A DNA stretch of 64,000 nucleotides. Origin: Callorhinchus milii (taxonomy: Eukaryota). Both the position numbers and the translations under genes were made by a program. The DNA lies in NCBI RefSeq assembly GCF_018977255.1, contig NW_024704742.1, positions 85,252,001-85,316,000 on the forward strand. Reading direction: 5' to 3'. Positions 51,219 to 64,000 of this stretch are shown here, in pieces (the first letter of the stretch is position 1; the number at the start of each line of letters is the position of its first letter). A model generated the notes under the pieces. It did no database searches. It saw only the letters and a list, made by a program, of their open reading frames with translations, and was not told the DNA's origin.

Positions 51219-51543
51219 CAGGGTGTTCACAAAGTCCTGTTACCCCGTTACAAAACAGTGATATGAAACTTCGGAGGAACTGAAACAAGTTGTCAGAGAT
51301 GCATTTTGTCTTGTGACTCCATTCATATGGAAGATCCATACGGCACCAAACATGGAGACGGTTCATTATCTGCCATGAAAATGACAGCGCTCACACACAC
51401 TGATCCTCTGGATGCCAAAATACAGTTAAACACTTGGGCTGAACACAGTTAACTATTCCCAAATACAATTGTCACCATTGCTCCACATGTTGTAGTTATT
51501 GGTCAGGGCACTGTAGAAAATACAGATGTTTGTGGAGACACTG
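51219..51543. mobile_element. Mariner-type MITE in the opposite orientation
   Basis: TA|CAGGGTGTTCACAAAGTCCTGTTACCCC; the body is the reverse complement of the 47477 copy. Confidence 0.8.
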
Positions 51544-51555
51544 AATGAACATTGC

Positions 51556-51597
<42 letters not shown>

Positions 51598-51969
51598 TGG
51601 GCCTGTGGACACCCGGGAATGTTGCACATACCTCACCCCAGATCCTCACGCCTGTGGGGGATTCAGCATCTGCACCGGCCTGTCCGCATTCCCTGCCTTG
51701 TGTTCCCCTTAAAAACTGCCAGCTGACAGCGTGAAGCTGCAAGGCAGCGAGACAGGCGGACAGGCAGACAGACCTCCCTCTCTCACACATTTATTTCGCC
51801 GATCGCAGCAAATACCACCCGGGGTTGTGCAAACAGGAAAGGCTGCGTGAGCTCTGCTCTCCTCTGTGTGTGTGTGTGTGTGGGGGGGGCTGCCATGTCC
51901 ACAACACAACAAGCAAAGAAAATACACTTGTCCTTATAGTTTCAACCGCAACATGCACAGATCACTCAC

Positions 51970-52125
51970 CACTGACTTGCAGCAACAACTGAGAACGATT
52001 TCCACATGAAAAGCAGCCAGATATTTTTATCCACGCACCCCTTTTTCGTATCTGGGTTAAAGTTCCACTTCTGAAAACCAAACAGCCTCCCTATTGTGCT
52101 TTATGAGTTCAGCTTAGAACCAATC
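51970..52125 (-). promoter_or_regulatory. PTGR1: Candidate non-coding exon 1 and promoter of PTGR1
   Basis: Minus-strand donor G|GTGAGT at 51970/51969, TATA-like ATAAAAATAT (52021-52030, minus strand) and CCAAT at 52120. The ATG exon has an acceptor, so an upstream exon is required. Confidence 0.45.
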
Positions 52126-52261
52126 ACTTTTCTCAATTGCATATAAATTTTTATATGTTGACTTTACACTATATTCGTCCCACAAAATATGCAGTCGATT
52201 CACTTTCCAGTATATTCTTTGAGACTTCTCGGTAGACCTGATGAGGCGCTATAGCAAATGC

Positions 52262-53350
52262 AAGGAGATGCCGGAAATCTGAAACAAAAACAGAAGTCGC
52301 TGGGAACACTCAGCAGGTCAGGCAGCATCTATTGTGAAAGGAAAGTGAGTCACGGTTTCGGGTCCACGACCTTTGTCAGAACTGGGGCATATTGGTAGGG
52401 AGAGACTTTTAAGGACTAACAGAGAGGGGGAGGCAGGGCAAGGAAGACAAAGGAGAAAATGGGGTAGAGGACGGGGGATGATGGGTTAAAGAGGTGTTAA
52501 TAATGCAGAACAAAAAGGGGGGGAAAAGAACTTGCAACAAATAATAATAATAATAATAATCCTTGCATTTGATATAGCGCTTTTCACGTCGGGAGGATGT
52601 CCCAAAGCGCTTCACAGAACACACTGTAAAGTGAATTGACTGTATATTTGTGGGCGAACGCGGCAGCCAATTGCGCACAGCAATGTCCCACAATCAGTCG
52701 TAGATTGAAAATGACCAATTTATTATTGACAGGCAGATCAGGGAGAGAAAAGGTGTGTCTGGGACCAAGATGATGTGGTAATGGTCATAGAAGAGGGGGA
52801 AGGTGAGCTGTTAGGGTCTGAAATTGTTTAAATCAATTTTGAGACCAGAGGGTGGTCCCATCACCACCAACAGTTGCTCTCCTTCCCCCGGCACCTTCCC
52901 AGGCCAGCGCAGGAGATGCAATACCTGCCCTTTCACCTCTTCTCATATCACTGTCCAACAACAACAAGATTACATTTGTATAGCGCCTTTCACGTCAGGA
53001 AGATGTCCCAAGGTGACGCCATCCAGGGCCCCAAACACAGATTTCATGTGAGACAGCGATTTACATGCACTACCAAAAGCTCACAATGTGGTCTCCTCTA
53101 CACTGGGGAAAACAAACGCAGATTGGGTGAATGATTTGCCGAACACCTTGGTTCTGTCCACAAGCACAACCCGAGCTACCCCATTTTCTCCTTTGTTTCC
53201 TTGCCCTGCCCCCCGCCTCTCTGTTAGCCCTTTAAAGCCTCTCCCTCCCAACATGTCCCAGTTCTGACGAAGGGTTGTGGACCTGAAACGTTGACACTTT
53301 CCTTTCTCCACAAATGCTGCCTGACCTGCTGAGTGTTCCCGGTGACTTAT
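52262..53350. mobile_element. Penelope-like element remnant (GIY-YIG) with inverted termini and a nested SINE (52542-52727)
   Basis: Remnants CNTCPF and IQGPKHRFHVRQRFTCT..QCGLLYTGENKRRLG; 52285-52387 is the inverse of 53257-53350. Confidence 0.75.
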
Positions 53351-53419
53351 GTTTTTTTTGCAAGGATTATTATATTGAATCAGCAAATTCAAACCGATCT
53401 GATACAAATATACTAAAGA

Positions 53420-53670
53420 TAGGGTGACTATATTTTGTAAATTAAATCTGGGGACACACATACACAAAACTATGTAACTCAGTATAATTGCAGATGTTGG
53501 TAATTACTGGGGAAGCTTGTTGGATTAACCAGTGTTTCTCTGCTGAGTGTATCTGTTATTGTTCTTGCTCAGTTTGTTGCTGAACTCAAAACCAGAGCAA
53601 ATTTGGCCCCAGGGACACAATACCTCACCCGGGGACTGTCACAGGAAATCGGAAACTTATGATCATCCTA
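53420..53670. mobile_element. hAT-type non-autonomous element (TAGGGTGAC ends)
   Basis: TAGGGTGACTATA ... TATGATCATCCTA, flanked by CTAAAGA / CTAAATA. Confidence 0.55.
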
Positions 53671-54021
53671 CTAAATAACAACAACAAATTGCATTTATAC
53701 AGCCCCTTTCATGTTGGGAAGATGTTCTGAGGCGCTGGACAATGAGGGGTTTGCACCCAAGCTGAGGGTTGAGATCATAGAGGAGTGTAGGGCAAGGGAG
53801 AGTGGAGGAGGAACGATGACCAAAAGTACTATTTAAAAGGAAGGTTTTGAGATGAACCTTGAAGGATGCAAAGGAGGGACAAGGTGGGATGCAAAGGAGG
53901 GACGAGGGCAAGCAATGGGATGATGGGTTCAGAGTTTAGTGCGGGAGAGAACACGAGCTGCAAAATTCTGAATAATCTGTGGCTTGTGGAGGGAAGAGTT
54001 GTTTGACAATGCTCTATGGAG

Positions 54022-54250
54022 CAGTGGTGGCCAATCTTTTTTGGTCGGCCAACCAAATACATTTTCTTGATTGTCTATTTCTTGACTTAACTTAAGGCCC
54101 TACCGAAAGCAAAGCCACTCAGTAGCTACTGCAAGCAAAACAATGATTTAAAACAGACTCACCTAGACTAGTGCTAATGTTCAGAGGGCTACTCCTTGAT
54201 GACCTGGTGGGCCATTTCCCGGCCTGTGGGCCTCGGGTTGACCAACATAG
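54022..54250. mobile_element. hAT (Charlie-like) MITE
   Basis: CAGTGGTGGCCAA ... TTGACCAACATAG with an 8 bp TSD CTATGGAG/CTGTGGAG. Its left end recurs at 11474. Confidence 0.65.
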
Positions 54251-55059
54251 CTGTGGAGGGTCTAAGCAAGTGAACTATCCGGTTTCAGAGTGGAAAGTCT
54301 GGTTTGAAGGCAATCTTTACAGTGCCCGTTCAGAAGCGCTGAACAGACACCAAAAGTCCTGTTATTGCAGACCTCCCAACATTCCAAGAGGGTAGCGATA
54401 AAAAAATCTTACCTGTGAGGGTGGGAAGTGCCTGGGCTGTGTGGGCTCGTGTGCCAGGCTCACAAGAAATAATTTAAAATGTGCCCACACATGGATTTAC
54501 ACACAGCCCGAACACTTCCCTCGCTCACAGGTAAGGTTTTCTTTAATTCAGGGAGACACTGAGAGGTGCCAAGATCAAGGCGTTGCTTGTGATGGCATCA
54601 GGAAAAGAAAAGAAGTACAGTATCATTCTAAAAGGTAGAGAAGAAATAAGAAAAAGTTATATGTGAGAAATTTAATATCAATATAGTGTGCAATTTTTCA
54701 TTTTCCTAGTGATACGTGAAAAACATACAGCATGGTACTGGGCCCTAGGGGTTTGAGAAGCTGGAAAGTTGGCAACCCATCTATGCCCCGGCTTGTGAGA
54801 TTAGTGTAAATTCCTCACAAGTGAGCGAGTAATAAACGTATGGAACAGGCTTCCAAGGGAGACAGTGGAAGCAGAAAGTGTTAATTCTTACAAGAACAAA
54901 TTAGATAGATTTCTGGTTGGAAATAATATCTCGGGATACAGTATATATCTCAGGATACGACATGTCATGCGACTGCCAGGATGGTGGTATGGGGTGGCTC
55001 AGGTCAGAGGCATCAGCCAAAACGCACTCTCAATATCATGTGTTTCTCTTTATGGTCAA

Positions 55060-55957
55060 CTTCCATATGTATGCGGACAATACCCAAATCTACCTTTCTG
55101 CCTCCACCCTCAACTCCAGGACCACTGCTGGCCTGACAGACTGCCTGTCGGACATCAAGTCCTGGATGAGGGCAAATCTTCTACATCGAATGTGAACAAG
55201 ACTGAGGCCCTCCTGATTGACTCGTGCTAGCGCCTCAGCACTTCAGGCTCTGGCAGCATCAACCTCCACGGTTGCACACTTCAACTCACCAAACCAGTCA
55301 TGAACCCAGGTGTCTTGTTCGACCTTCAACTGCCTTTTTTTCTCCAAATCCAAGCCATGACCCGCTCTGCTTTCCCTCACCTCTGTAACATCGCCCGACT
55401 CCGGCACTACCTCACTCCTCAGGCCGCTGAATCTCTTGTTCATGCCTTCACGACCTCCAGGCTCGACTATACAAATGCCTTGCGTGTCGGCCTTCCCAAC
55501 TCCTCCCTCGACAGGCTGCAGATAATCCAGAACTTTGCAGCCCGTGTCCTTTCCTTCAGAGGATCCAGTTCAAGATCTTGATCCTCACCCCACCCTACCT
55601 CTGTGACCTCCTAACCCCCTACCAACCTGCCCACTCTTTCCACTCAGATGGCTCTGGCCTGCTCCACGTCCACCAACCCACCCACCCCACTATTGATGGG
55701 AGAGCCTTCAGCCACTCTGCCACCAACCTCTGGAACTCCATCCCCCAATCACTCCGCCTCGCCCCCTCCTTAGCCTCCTTCAAGTCCCGCTTCAAAACCT
55801 TCCTCTTTGACCATCCCATCGGCCACCCCCCTTCCCCTCCCCTCCCTTCTCCCACCCTGATACCAGCTCGGGTCTGAAATGCTGTACATTGTCCAGCGCC
55901 TTGGGACGTCCTCCCGACGTGAAAGGCATTATACAAATGTAATCTTGTTGTTGTTGT
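55060..55957 (+). mobile_element. L2 3' fragment
   Basis: FHMYADNTQIYLS, SRLDYTNAL and a (TTG)n tail. Confidence 0.88.
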
Positions 55958-56531
55958 TGCTCTTCTCTAAACCCTTGCCAAACCTCATCCAACAATTTTT
56001 AATTTTGGTCAGCCGACATGTAAAAAACCTATCACCGTGCTTAATAGTATCTAAACCAGACTACGATTTCCACACAGATACATCACCCACACATACATTT
56101 CTGCGTATCCAAATTGGACTGTGCACTCTCTCGCTGGAGTGATGCACCCAGCTTATCTAATTCCTGAGAGTGTGAGGCGCAGGTTGCCAAGTTTCTGGTT
56201 CCCAGAGTGAGTGGTGTGTGAGTCGGGTACTGCACCACTGGCAAATTACCTTTTTTGAAGGCAGAGTGTGTAAATTATTAGATAGACCAATGTGGTCCAA
56301 GGGGCAGCCCGCAGGCAGCAGCTGACCCTGTGGCTGATTTTATCTGGTCCGTGACCATTTCCAACATTCCAACTTCCTCTCCCTCCCTCCCTCCCTCACT
56401 GGTGAATGTTCTCCCAGGGCATTAAACCGAGATCCTGTCTGCCTGTTCAGGTGGACATTAAACAGCCCACTTGTTCAAAAAGAGAAGGGAGTTTCTCCTG
56501 GTGTCCTGGCCAACAAATCCCTCAAATAAGG

Positions 56532-56845
56532 GGAGTCCTGTAGCTCAGTGGTTAGAGCACTCGCTTTGCAAGTGAGAGACCTGAGTTCAATTCTAGGCAG
56601 AGCGAAACCTTGGGCAAGTTTCCTTACTCCACACACCTAATAATAATCCCTCCAAAACTCAAAACAATAATAAATTGGTCATTTTCAATCCATGACTGTT
56701 TGTGGGACATTGCTGTGCGCAATTGGCTGCCACGTTCGCCCTCAAATATACAGTCCATTCACTTTACAGCATATTCTGTGAAGCGCTTTGGGACGGCTAG
56801 AAGACGTGAAAAGCGCTATATCAAATGCAAGGATTATTATTATTA
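56532..56845 (+). mobile_element. Full-length SINE nested in an older Deu-type SINE (~56420-57000)
   Basis: Complete head, core and tail; the older SINE continues on both sides. Confidence 0.9.
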
Positions 56846-57417
56846 TAAAATCGGTCATTCACTTCATAGCTGTTTGTGGAACATTGCTGTGTGCAAATGG
56901 GCTGTAAGATTCTCCTACAAATAAACACTTTGCAAAATTCTTGTGAAGTGCTCTTCAGACATGAAAGGTGCAGTATCAAATGGAAAGGTTATTATTATAA
57001 GTTCTTGTTGCTGCGAGAACTTGTGGTCATTTCCACATGTTCCACTGGGTGGTGCTAAAACTCAATGTACAAGTGTACATATTGCAGTCCTCAGGGAAGG
57101 CTCAGGTTTATCCATTAACAGCACACGGTGCAGCCCAATCTGCAGGCAGTGCTAACCATGCATTAACATGTTTACAGAGGAGATTACAAGTAATATTAAA
57201 CTGATAAATAACCAGTGAATAGGTTTACAAGATCACTTGTCATGCTTTTAATTAATAACTAAGGGCAACTGTAATTTCTTCCAGCCATGTGTACGTAGTA
57301 TTACATAGAATGTTATAGCAGGGAAACAGGCCATTCAGCCCAACATGTCTGTGTGCCAGTGTGTATATTCCACGTAAGCTTCCACCACTACCTCTCACCT
57401 ACAGTCCTCTATCGTGT

Positions 57418-57792
57418 GTCAGCCTGGCTTAGTTAGTAGCACTCTCGTCTCTGAGTCAGCAGGTTGTGGATTCAAGTCCCATATCATAACGTGGAACTCA
57501 TAGTCTAGGCTGATGCTCCAGTGCAGTGCTGGGGGTGTTCAACATTGTTGGAGGTGCATTGGATGCGGTGTTAAAGCAAAGTAATGTCTGCCTGTTCAGG
57601 TGGATGTTAAAGATCCCAATGCACTATTCAAAAAGAGGAGGGAGTTTCTTCTGCTGTCCAGGCCAACAAAATTGGTCATCATGCCTGTTTGTGGGACATT
57701 ACTATGTGAAGATTGTTTGCTATATTTGTCCATAAAACATACAGTCACTACTCTTTACAGTAACTCCTGTGAAGGGCTTTGAGATATCTTCA
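57418..57792 (+). mobile_element. Older Deu-type SINE (SacSINE1-like), different tRNA head
   Basis: Head GTCAGCCTGGCTTAGTTAGTAGCACTCTCG...GGATTCAAGTCCCA, TGTCTGCCTGTTCAGGTGGATGTTAAAGATCCC and Deu core. Relatives at ~16440, 24110, 43840, 44780 and 63437. Confidence 0.7.
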
Positions 57793-58039
57793 TTTTATAA
57801 TGGCCTCCCCATCTGAAACGTTTGACTTCTGCAAAATTTTTGACCGAGTGTTTCATGAAGCCATCATAATGAAACTGGAAACCACGGGAATACATGGCTC
57901 AATCCTGGATTTTATCCAGAATATGTCTATAAGACAAGATCCATGAAAAGCTCTTATTAAGCCCATCCTCTTGAAAGGGGAGGAAGGCAGGCTGGTTGTC
58001 ACCCACCCTATTCGATGTGTTCAATGACTTGATCCCTGC

Positions 58040-59052
58040 TTGTCCAGCTAGGACTACGCTACCTGTTAAGGGCTTTGATTTGCAGGGTTAACAGGAGCTG
58101 AGTGGAATGACTCTCTGCCCCCAGTGACTTGTCTGGCCTTCCAAGTCCTGCCGATGAGCCAGATGACTGTGCTGTCATCAGCAGTGCCCTGGAATACTGT
58201 GGACCCGTCTGGCTCAGGAACGGACTTCCAGGACCGCCACAGAGGGCTCGCTCAATTCTGACATTCCGTTGGATGCATGGAATTCCCAGTTCGGTTTGAT
58301 TACCCTTAAGCATGATGATGGGTTTCCACATGTGTCAGACACCCGGCTAACCAAAAACAAAGATGCTATACCACTATTATTATTATCTTCTCTGTCGTAT
58401 ATACATCAAATTCCCTTTGAAATATATTATTGCTTTTTGCTTCAAATACAGCTTCCGGCAGTGAATTCCACATTCTGCCTGAAGGAGTTCCTCTTACTCC
58501 CTTTCAAATCTGCTGCCGACTATCTTATGTTTACACCCCCTCGTTTGGATTTGCCAACAAGGAAAGGTGGGGTGTGGTGGGGGGTGAGGGGAGGGGAGTT
58601 AAGTGGGGTCTCTTTTGGAGCTGAGCTACCTCCAAAGCAATGAATGTATTTGACAATGAAATGTCTGAATGAAATCAACCCTATGTGGTACTCTCAGTAG
58701 TCCTGTGTCTGAGCCAGGCGGGTCCACAGTACCGGATTACTACTGATAACAAAGAAGCCAACCTAGCTCATCGGCAGGAGGAGCAGACACTCAAGGTAGG
58801 AGTAGACTCCAATGGCAAGCTATGCAGCTTTAGCTGGCTTGACTCCAGAAGTACCCCAATGCACATTCTGGGCCTTGGCTTTTACCAACCTACGCTTAAT
58901 ACTCTTGAGCGAGAAAGTGTGCATTCCATTCTGACAATCTATCTTGGGAGTTTCCATGTGTAGGTGGGATGCATGGAATTTTTAGTTTGCTTTGGAGACT
59001 CTTAAGCATGGTGATGGGTTTCCACATTTGTCAGACACCCGGCCAGCCAAAG
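58040..59052. repeat. Two copies of the unclassified repeat; the first is internally inverted
   Basis: 58040-58268 is antisense, 58271-58357 is the sense 3' end; 58600-59052 is a sense copy. Confidence 0.7.
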
Positions 59053-59937
59053 AAATACCAAACTTTTAACATCCACCCTATTCAATCCTTTCATAATTTT
59101 AAAAATGTTTAACAAATTAGACCCCAGTGTAGCTCCCAACTATTGTCCTGTTTAGATCAGCTGATCCAGCATAGAGTGGGGAGAAAGCATCTCTGAGAGC
59201 TGGGAATTAAATCATCTTTTGTGGAATGCAGGGAAGCCACAAGTAGAAAAACACAAAATTGCCAATTCTCATCTGCACCCATTATTTGTATTACATAAAC
59301 TCCTTCACATCACAGCACCACAATGCAATTTGTTGTTGTAAAAGAACAGAAGATAAGTAGAGACAATCCACCTCTATAATTAACAAGTGTGATGTTCTAT
59401 TTCTTGAAAATTGCCTTATAAATGCCCCAGATAAAATGAGTAATTTACTTCATAGCTGTTTGCAGAACATTGCTGTGTGAAAATTTACTGCTGGGAAGCA
59501 GTTTGAGGCATTTTTATGATGTGATAAGGTGCTAACTCAAATGCAAGGATCCTTATTAAATGTAGGCTGTTGTTTAATCACTGAAAATGAAGAGCAAGAT
59601 AATATATTCTTGAGAACATGGGAAAGACCAGTGAAGATCAGCCTTTACCTTGTTAACTCTCAATGTCAATTTCCCCGACATACTCTAACCTGAAAGGTTC
59701 CAGTGTTAATTCGTTCTGCTTTTGCACGACTGTTTTTCATGAGAGAAACTGCCTTCCCCTCCTGCACTCAGATAGGTGTCGTGCAAAGCACTTTTGCAGG
59801 CTTGTTGTCTTGTCACACAGATGTTGCAGAGGTTGGGCGGCAATGTTATTGCTCAGAATTCAAAGCCAACTGCACAACTCATTTCTGTATTCATTTAACT
59901 AGGTGCTTTGGGGCAAAAATCCCCAGTTTTATGTGCA

Positions 59938-60250
59938 AACAACAACAAATTACATTTATTCAGTGGCTTTCATGTCGGAAGGACGTCCCATGAAGGTTTT
60001 GCACCCGAGCTGGCGGTCGGATTCAAGGAGAGCTACAGGGTTGGGGTTGGAGGTTGACTGAAGGCATGGTCGAAGACGAAGGTATTGACACGGGTTTGAA
60101 GGAGGGAACGGAGGGGGCGAGGTGGAAGGGCCCTGGGATGGAGTTCCAGACATGTGGCAGAAAGGCTGAAGGCACGACTGCCAGTAGTGGAGTGGGCAGG
60201 GTGGCGGTTGTGGAGCAGGCAGGTGCCCACCGAGCGGATGGAGGGGATAG
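59938..60250 (-). mobile_element. L2 3' end
   Basis: AACAACAACAAATTACATTTAT tail and GGATGGAGTTCCAGA motif. Confidence 0.78.
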
Positions 60251-63200
60251 GTTGGTTACCTGTATAGTAAAATGTTCCAACAAGGAACTTGGTATTTTTT
60301 CTGGCTGTGGCTGATGTGCTGTTTGTGTGAAGTGGCTGCTTTCTGATTTGATGCGGAGTCTTAGTGATTGATGTTGGGGGTGGGGGGTTGATGTACAGTC
60401 AGTCCACCCCCTTTCTCTCCTTATTCTCCCTAGACTGTGAACGTTTCGGATGTCAGGCGCATGCTCACAGCCACAGCCCAGCTGGGACTGAAAGGTGCTC
60501 AAAGAAGGTTTAGCAAAACACAGACTTTTTAGTTCAACCACAACAGCACCTGGCGCCTGACATCAGTTAAGGTGGACTATGCTAGCTCTGACATCTGATG
60601 GCTTCGCTCACTGGGCTCTTCTGTGTCTACTGGTAGGTTAACACATCAAATCAAAACACGTGCAAAAAAGACATAAAATATAGCAGCCGCCAAAACCGAC
60701 TGTGACAATTGCAAAGAAAAACAATAAATGTACCAACTTGTACGTAGATTATTTTTTTACTTCAGTGGATGTTCAGAGCACCATTCAGTGTATGTGTAGA
60801 CCACAAGGTGTCAATACTTAGTTGCAAATTAGCCTACAATTCAGAATACAAAACTTTGTTTGCTTCACAAAAAATGAACATTGGAAATGTTCACTTGTCA
60901 ATAAAAAAACCTGAAACATCTGGATTGTAAAAATACACACAGATTACTCAAACAGACATACAGATGTGTTCAGCGTTTTATGGGGGTGATGGTTGGGGAA
61001 AAGGGGCAATCGGTGGCTGTCGATCAGGTCGATCATTTACGGATTATTCTGCATCCAATATTCTCTTTATATTATCCGTTTGATGTTATCTGTTTATTCT
61101 CTTGTTTTTAAGACGATGCAAAGGAAAAGCGCCCGAGGTTGGCACGACCTGGACAACACGGAATATGATTGCTGGCCATTGCAAAACCCACACGAGTATA
61201 ACATGATCGACTGCGGGGGTGAGTGAGTTCAGTGTAAATGCAATATAACAGCTTCCCAGATAACTACAGACATGATCAGATCACACACAACAAGCGACTG
61301 GGGAATCAAATCTTCAAACCACTACACTGCGCTCCCCCGAAACTCTGTTTGGAGAAGTGGGGTTGTGAGTACGTGGTGTTTTTCTAATATAAAATATATA
61401 TTAATATAAAGTGTGGGAGAGATCTTACTGCAACCATATATATATATATCAGGATGTCAGGATATATATATATATTAACACACATCAGGATATATAAATC
61501 TACAATATTAATTATGATTAATAATAAATAATGGATAGTAATAATAATTAAATATTCAAGGTGCGTTTAACAATTTGCCGAATTCTGGACATTCTGAAAT
61601 GCGACATAAAGAAGAGTAAACGTAGGTGGAAATTCTCCCCATTTGTTTCATGTTTCTTTAATGACATACTGTATATCAGGATCTTTTGCGAATCGAATTG
61701 AAACTAAAGTGTTTGCCCTTTCCATCTCTGGAGCAATTAATTGCAAAGCAGCGAGTTGTGGATGTGAGATGTCACACTTAGAAAGCGATCAGTAATGGAA
61801 TAATAGTCTAGCAATAACAACGACAAAATTACATTTACATTTAGCAGCAAATAATCATCACATCTCATCCTTTGGAGAACGATTTCTTTTTTTTTAAAAA
61901 AAGCAAATTTGTAAATGACTCAATAAATCAGTAAGAGATATGTTAACTTACGATTCCCAAACCAGAGAGAGTGAGTGAGTGGGAGAGACAGACACCAGAG
62001 GCCACTGAAATGGACATGTATTTATTTGTCTTTGGTCCTTGTGCAGTCTGGAGGGTTTCGGATTCACGTTCAAATAGCCATCAGCCTCAGAGATCACCGT
62101 CACTGCAGCTAATCGTGTGGTTTTCCTTTGAATTCAAATTAAAAATCAATTCAAACGAACCGTTATTAAAATGAAAAGTAATTCAAATTAAAAGGGAACG
62201 TTTTAATTCCTTTTTAAATTAAAATGGAGTTGCATTAAAACTAAAATCAAGGACATCCTGGTTCAACATTAAAAAATGTTAATCCACGATGCTAATAGAG
62301 GGGGAAAAATCCAGTTTCCCTCATTATTATTATTATTATTAATTATTATTTTTAAATGAATGGAAACGGGGGAGCAAGTAAACTTGTGAGCAAAGTGGAT
62401 TAAAAGGAGGGCTGGAGAGTAGAGAGAAATACACAGGGCTGTACATAAACTTATCACCATGGGAATATCGACATTTCTGCTCTCACTTACACCCAAGTTG
62501 TGTGTTTGCGGTTTATATTGCATAACAGGTCACACTTAATGCACTCTGTCAGTGGAGCTGTGATTGGATTCATTTGTTTTTGTTTACAAATCATTAGGGT
62601 ATTTGAGAATATGTTTTAGGGATATATGCACAGGGGCAGTGGCAGTTTTGTATTAAATCAATCTCTTCCCCTCCTCCCCGCCTTATTGGCATCTTAGGGT
62701 CTGAAGTTGCGGCTAAATCTAAATCCATCTCGATGGACATTTCGTGCAAATGTCAATGAAACCACAGCCAGATCTGGTCTCACAAGCGATAGACCTTTAA
62801 AGTTGTTCGCCAGTTAAACGTGCATCTGTTAAAGTGGGCGAGCAGGAGGCAATGTGATAGAAATAAAGCAAAAGATGCCCTTATTGAACTAATGAAAATC
62901 TATCCAGTGAAAGGCTTAGTATTCATATTTCAGTCTGATTGTGTAGAATCTGTTTCTCAATAATAATAATCCTTGCTTTTGATATCACGCCTTATCAGAT
63001 TTTCACAGAATATATTGTAAAATGGATTCACTGTATATTTTTGTGGGCAAGACATTACCTTCCTTTTCTTTATCTTTCTATTGTATTTTGCAAAGTTCAT
63101 TTCAGTTTTTTTAAGCTTAAGTACAATTTGCTGATGAAAATAGTCGAAAGACCTCCCGTGCCCTGTCCCTGTGCCCAGTTGTCCCCCAGCAGGGAAACTT

Positions 63201-64000
63201 AAGTGAGCTCCAGAGATATATGTGTTTTCTCGTTCCCTGATAAATCCCTTCTCTATATAACAACAACAACAAAATTACATTTATAGAGCACCTTTCATGT
63301 CTGGAGAATGTCCCAAAGCGCTGAAGCTTTATAACAACAGTGTAACAGTGCAGTAAAACCTCATATAGTGGGCATTTAAATAGGAACCCGGTTGATTGTC
63401 GATTGGCAGTTCGCTTTCCAGGGAAAATGGTTTGTGCGTCAGCCTGGCTCAGTGACAGCATTCTTCCTTCTGCGTTAGAAGGTTGTGGGTTCAAACCCCA
63501 CATCGGGACTTGGAATCACATAGTCTAAGCTGACATTTGAGACGGTTCTATCAGCCTTATATGTACACCCACGATATGGCTCGCTCTCCCTCGCAGTGTG
63601 TACTGGATGGCCTCTGTGTTCAATCCTCACCAATGAATGCAAGTCCCTATAACTCGGTGTAACTTGACTAATGATTCTTCCAGAATGACAGGTGCTACCA
63701 ATTGCTATTTAAATTAAAGCGAATTGGGAAGTCAGAGGTTTATTTTACACCACTGTGACCCAGGCTGAACCTGTTTGTGTATTCCTTCCTTTGATTTATA
63801 CAGAAAGCTCGAGAAAGCACTGTCAAGTTAGATCAACAGAATTTTATTGTAACTTCGATGAAATCCACAACCCTCAACTTTAAATCTTAAACAACACGAT
63901 GAATATCAACAAACACAACTATGAGATAACAAACATTAATCACACTTAAACTACACACGCTAGCAGCCACTTCTAATCAAGTTAATGTAAAAGTGCACGG

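Noticed and set aside
59649..59689. Minus-strand 41 bp AG/GT-bounded segment as a distal PTGR1 5' exon
   Set aside because: Weak pyrimidine tract, stops in all three frames and no other support.

Overview
This is eukaryotic, repeat-rich vertebrate DNA. The repeat content (a tRNA/Deu-domain SINE with a (TAT)n tail, plus L2, CR1 and Penelope fragments) suggests a cartilaginous fish, probably a chimaera; that is an inference. Reading splice sites by hand gives three genes. (1) The last two coding exons of SNX30 on the + strand, followed by a ~7 kb, largely repeat-free probable 3' UTR. (2) A complete 5-exon thioredoxin TXN on the + strand (17498-26867, 106 aa, WCGPC). (3) A complete 9-coding-exon PTGR1 on the - strand (48828-38768, 329 aa), convergent with TXN. 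The most unusual structure lies between TXN and PTGR1: a tandem partial duplication of the TXN 3' half (~28430-37517). Its exon-3 and exon-5 copies keep open frames and canonical splice sites, while exons 1, 2 and a clear exon 4 are absent. It is either a decaying duplicate or a set of alternative exons. Other points are a recurrent Tc1/mariner-type MITE with a locally templated insertion, an unclassified repeat of at least 550 bp, a U2 snRNA fragment, a C-rich minisatellite and a TG-rich minisatellite in TXN intron 1, and an orphan exon-like segment near 61.1 kb. Nearly all ORFs in the supplied track are repeat-derived or spurious. Repeat boundaries are approximate, and all gene and family names come from recalled similarity, not database searches.
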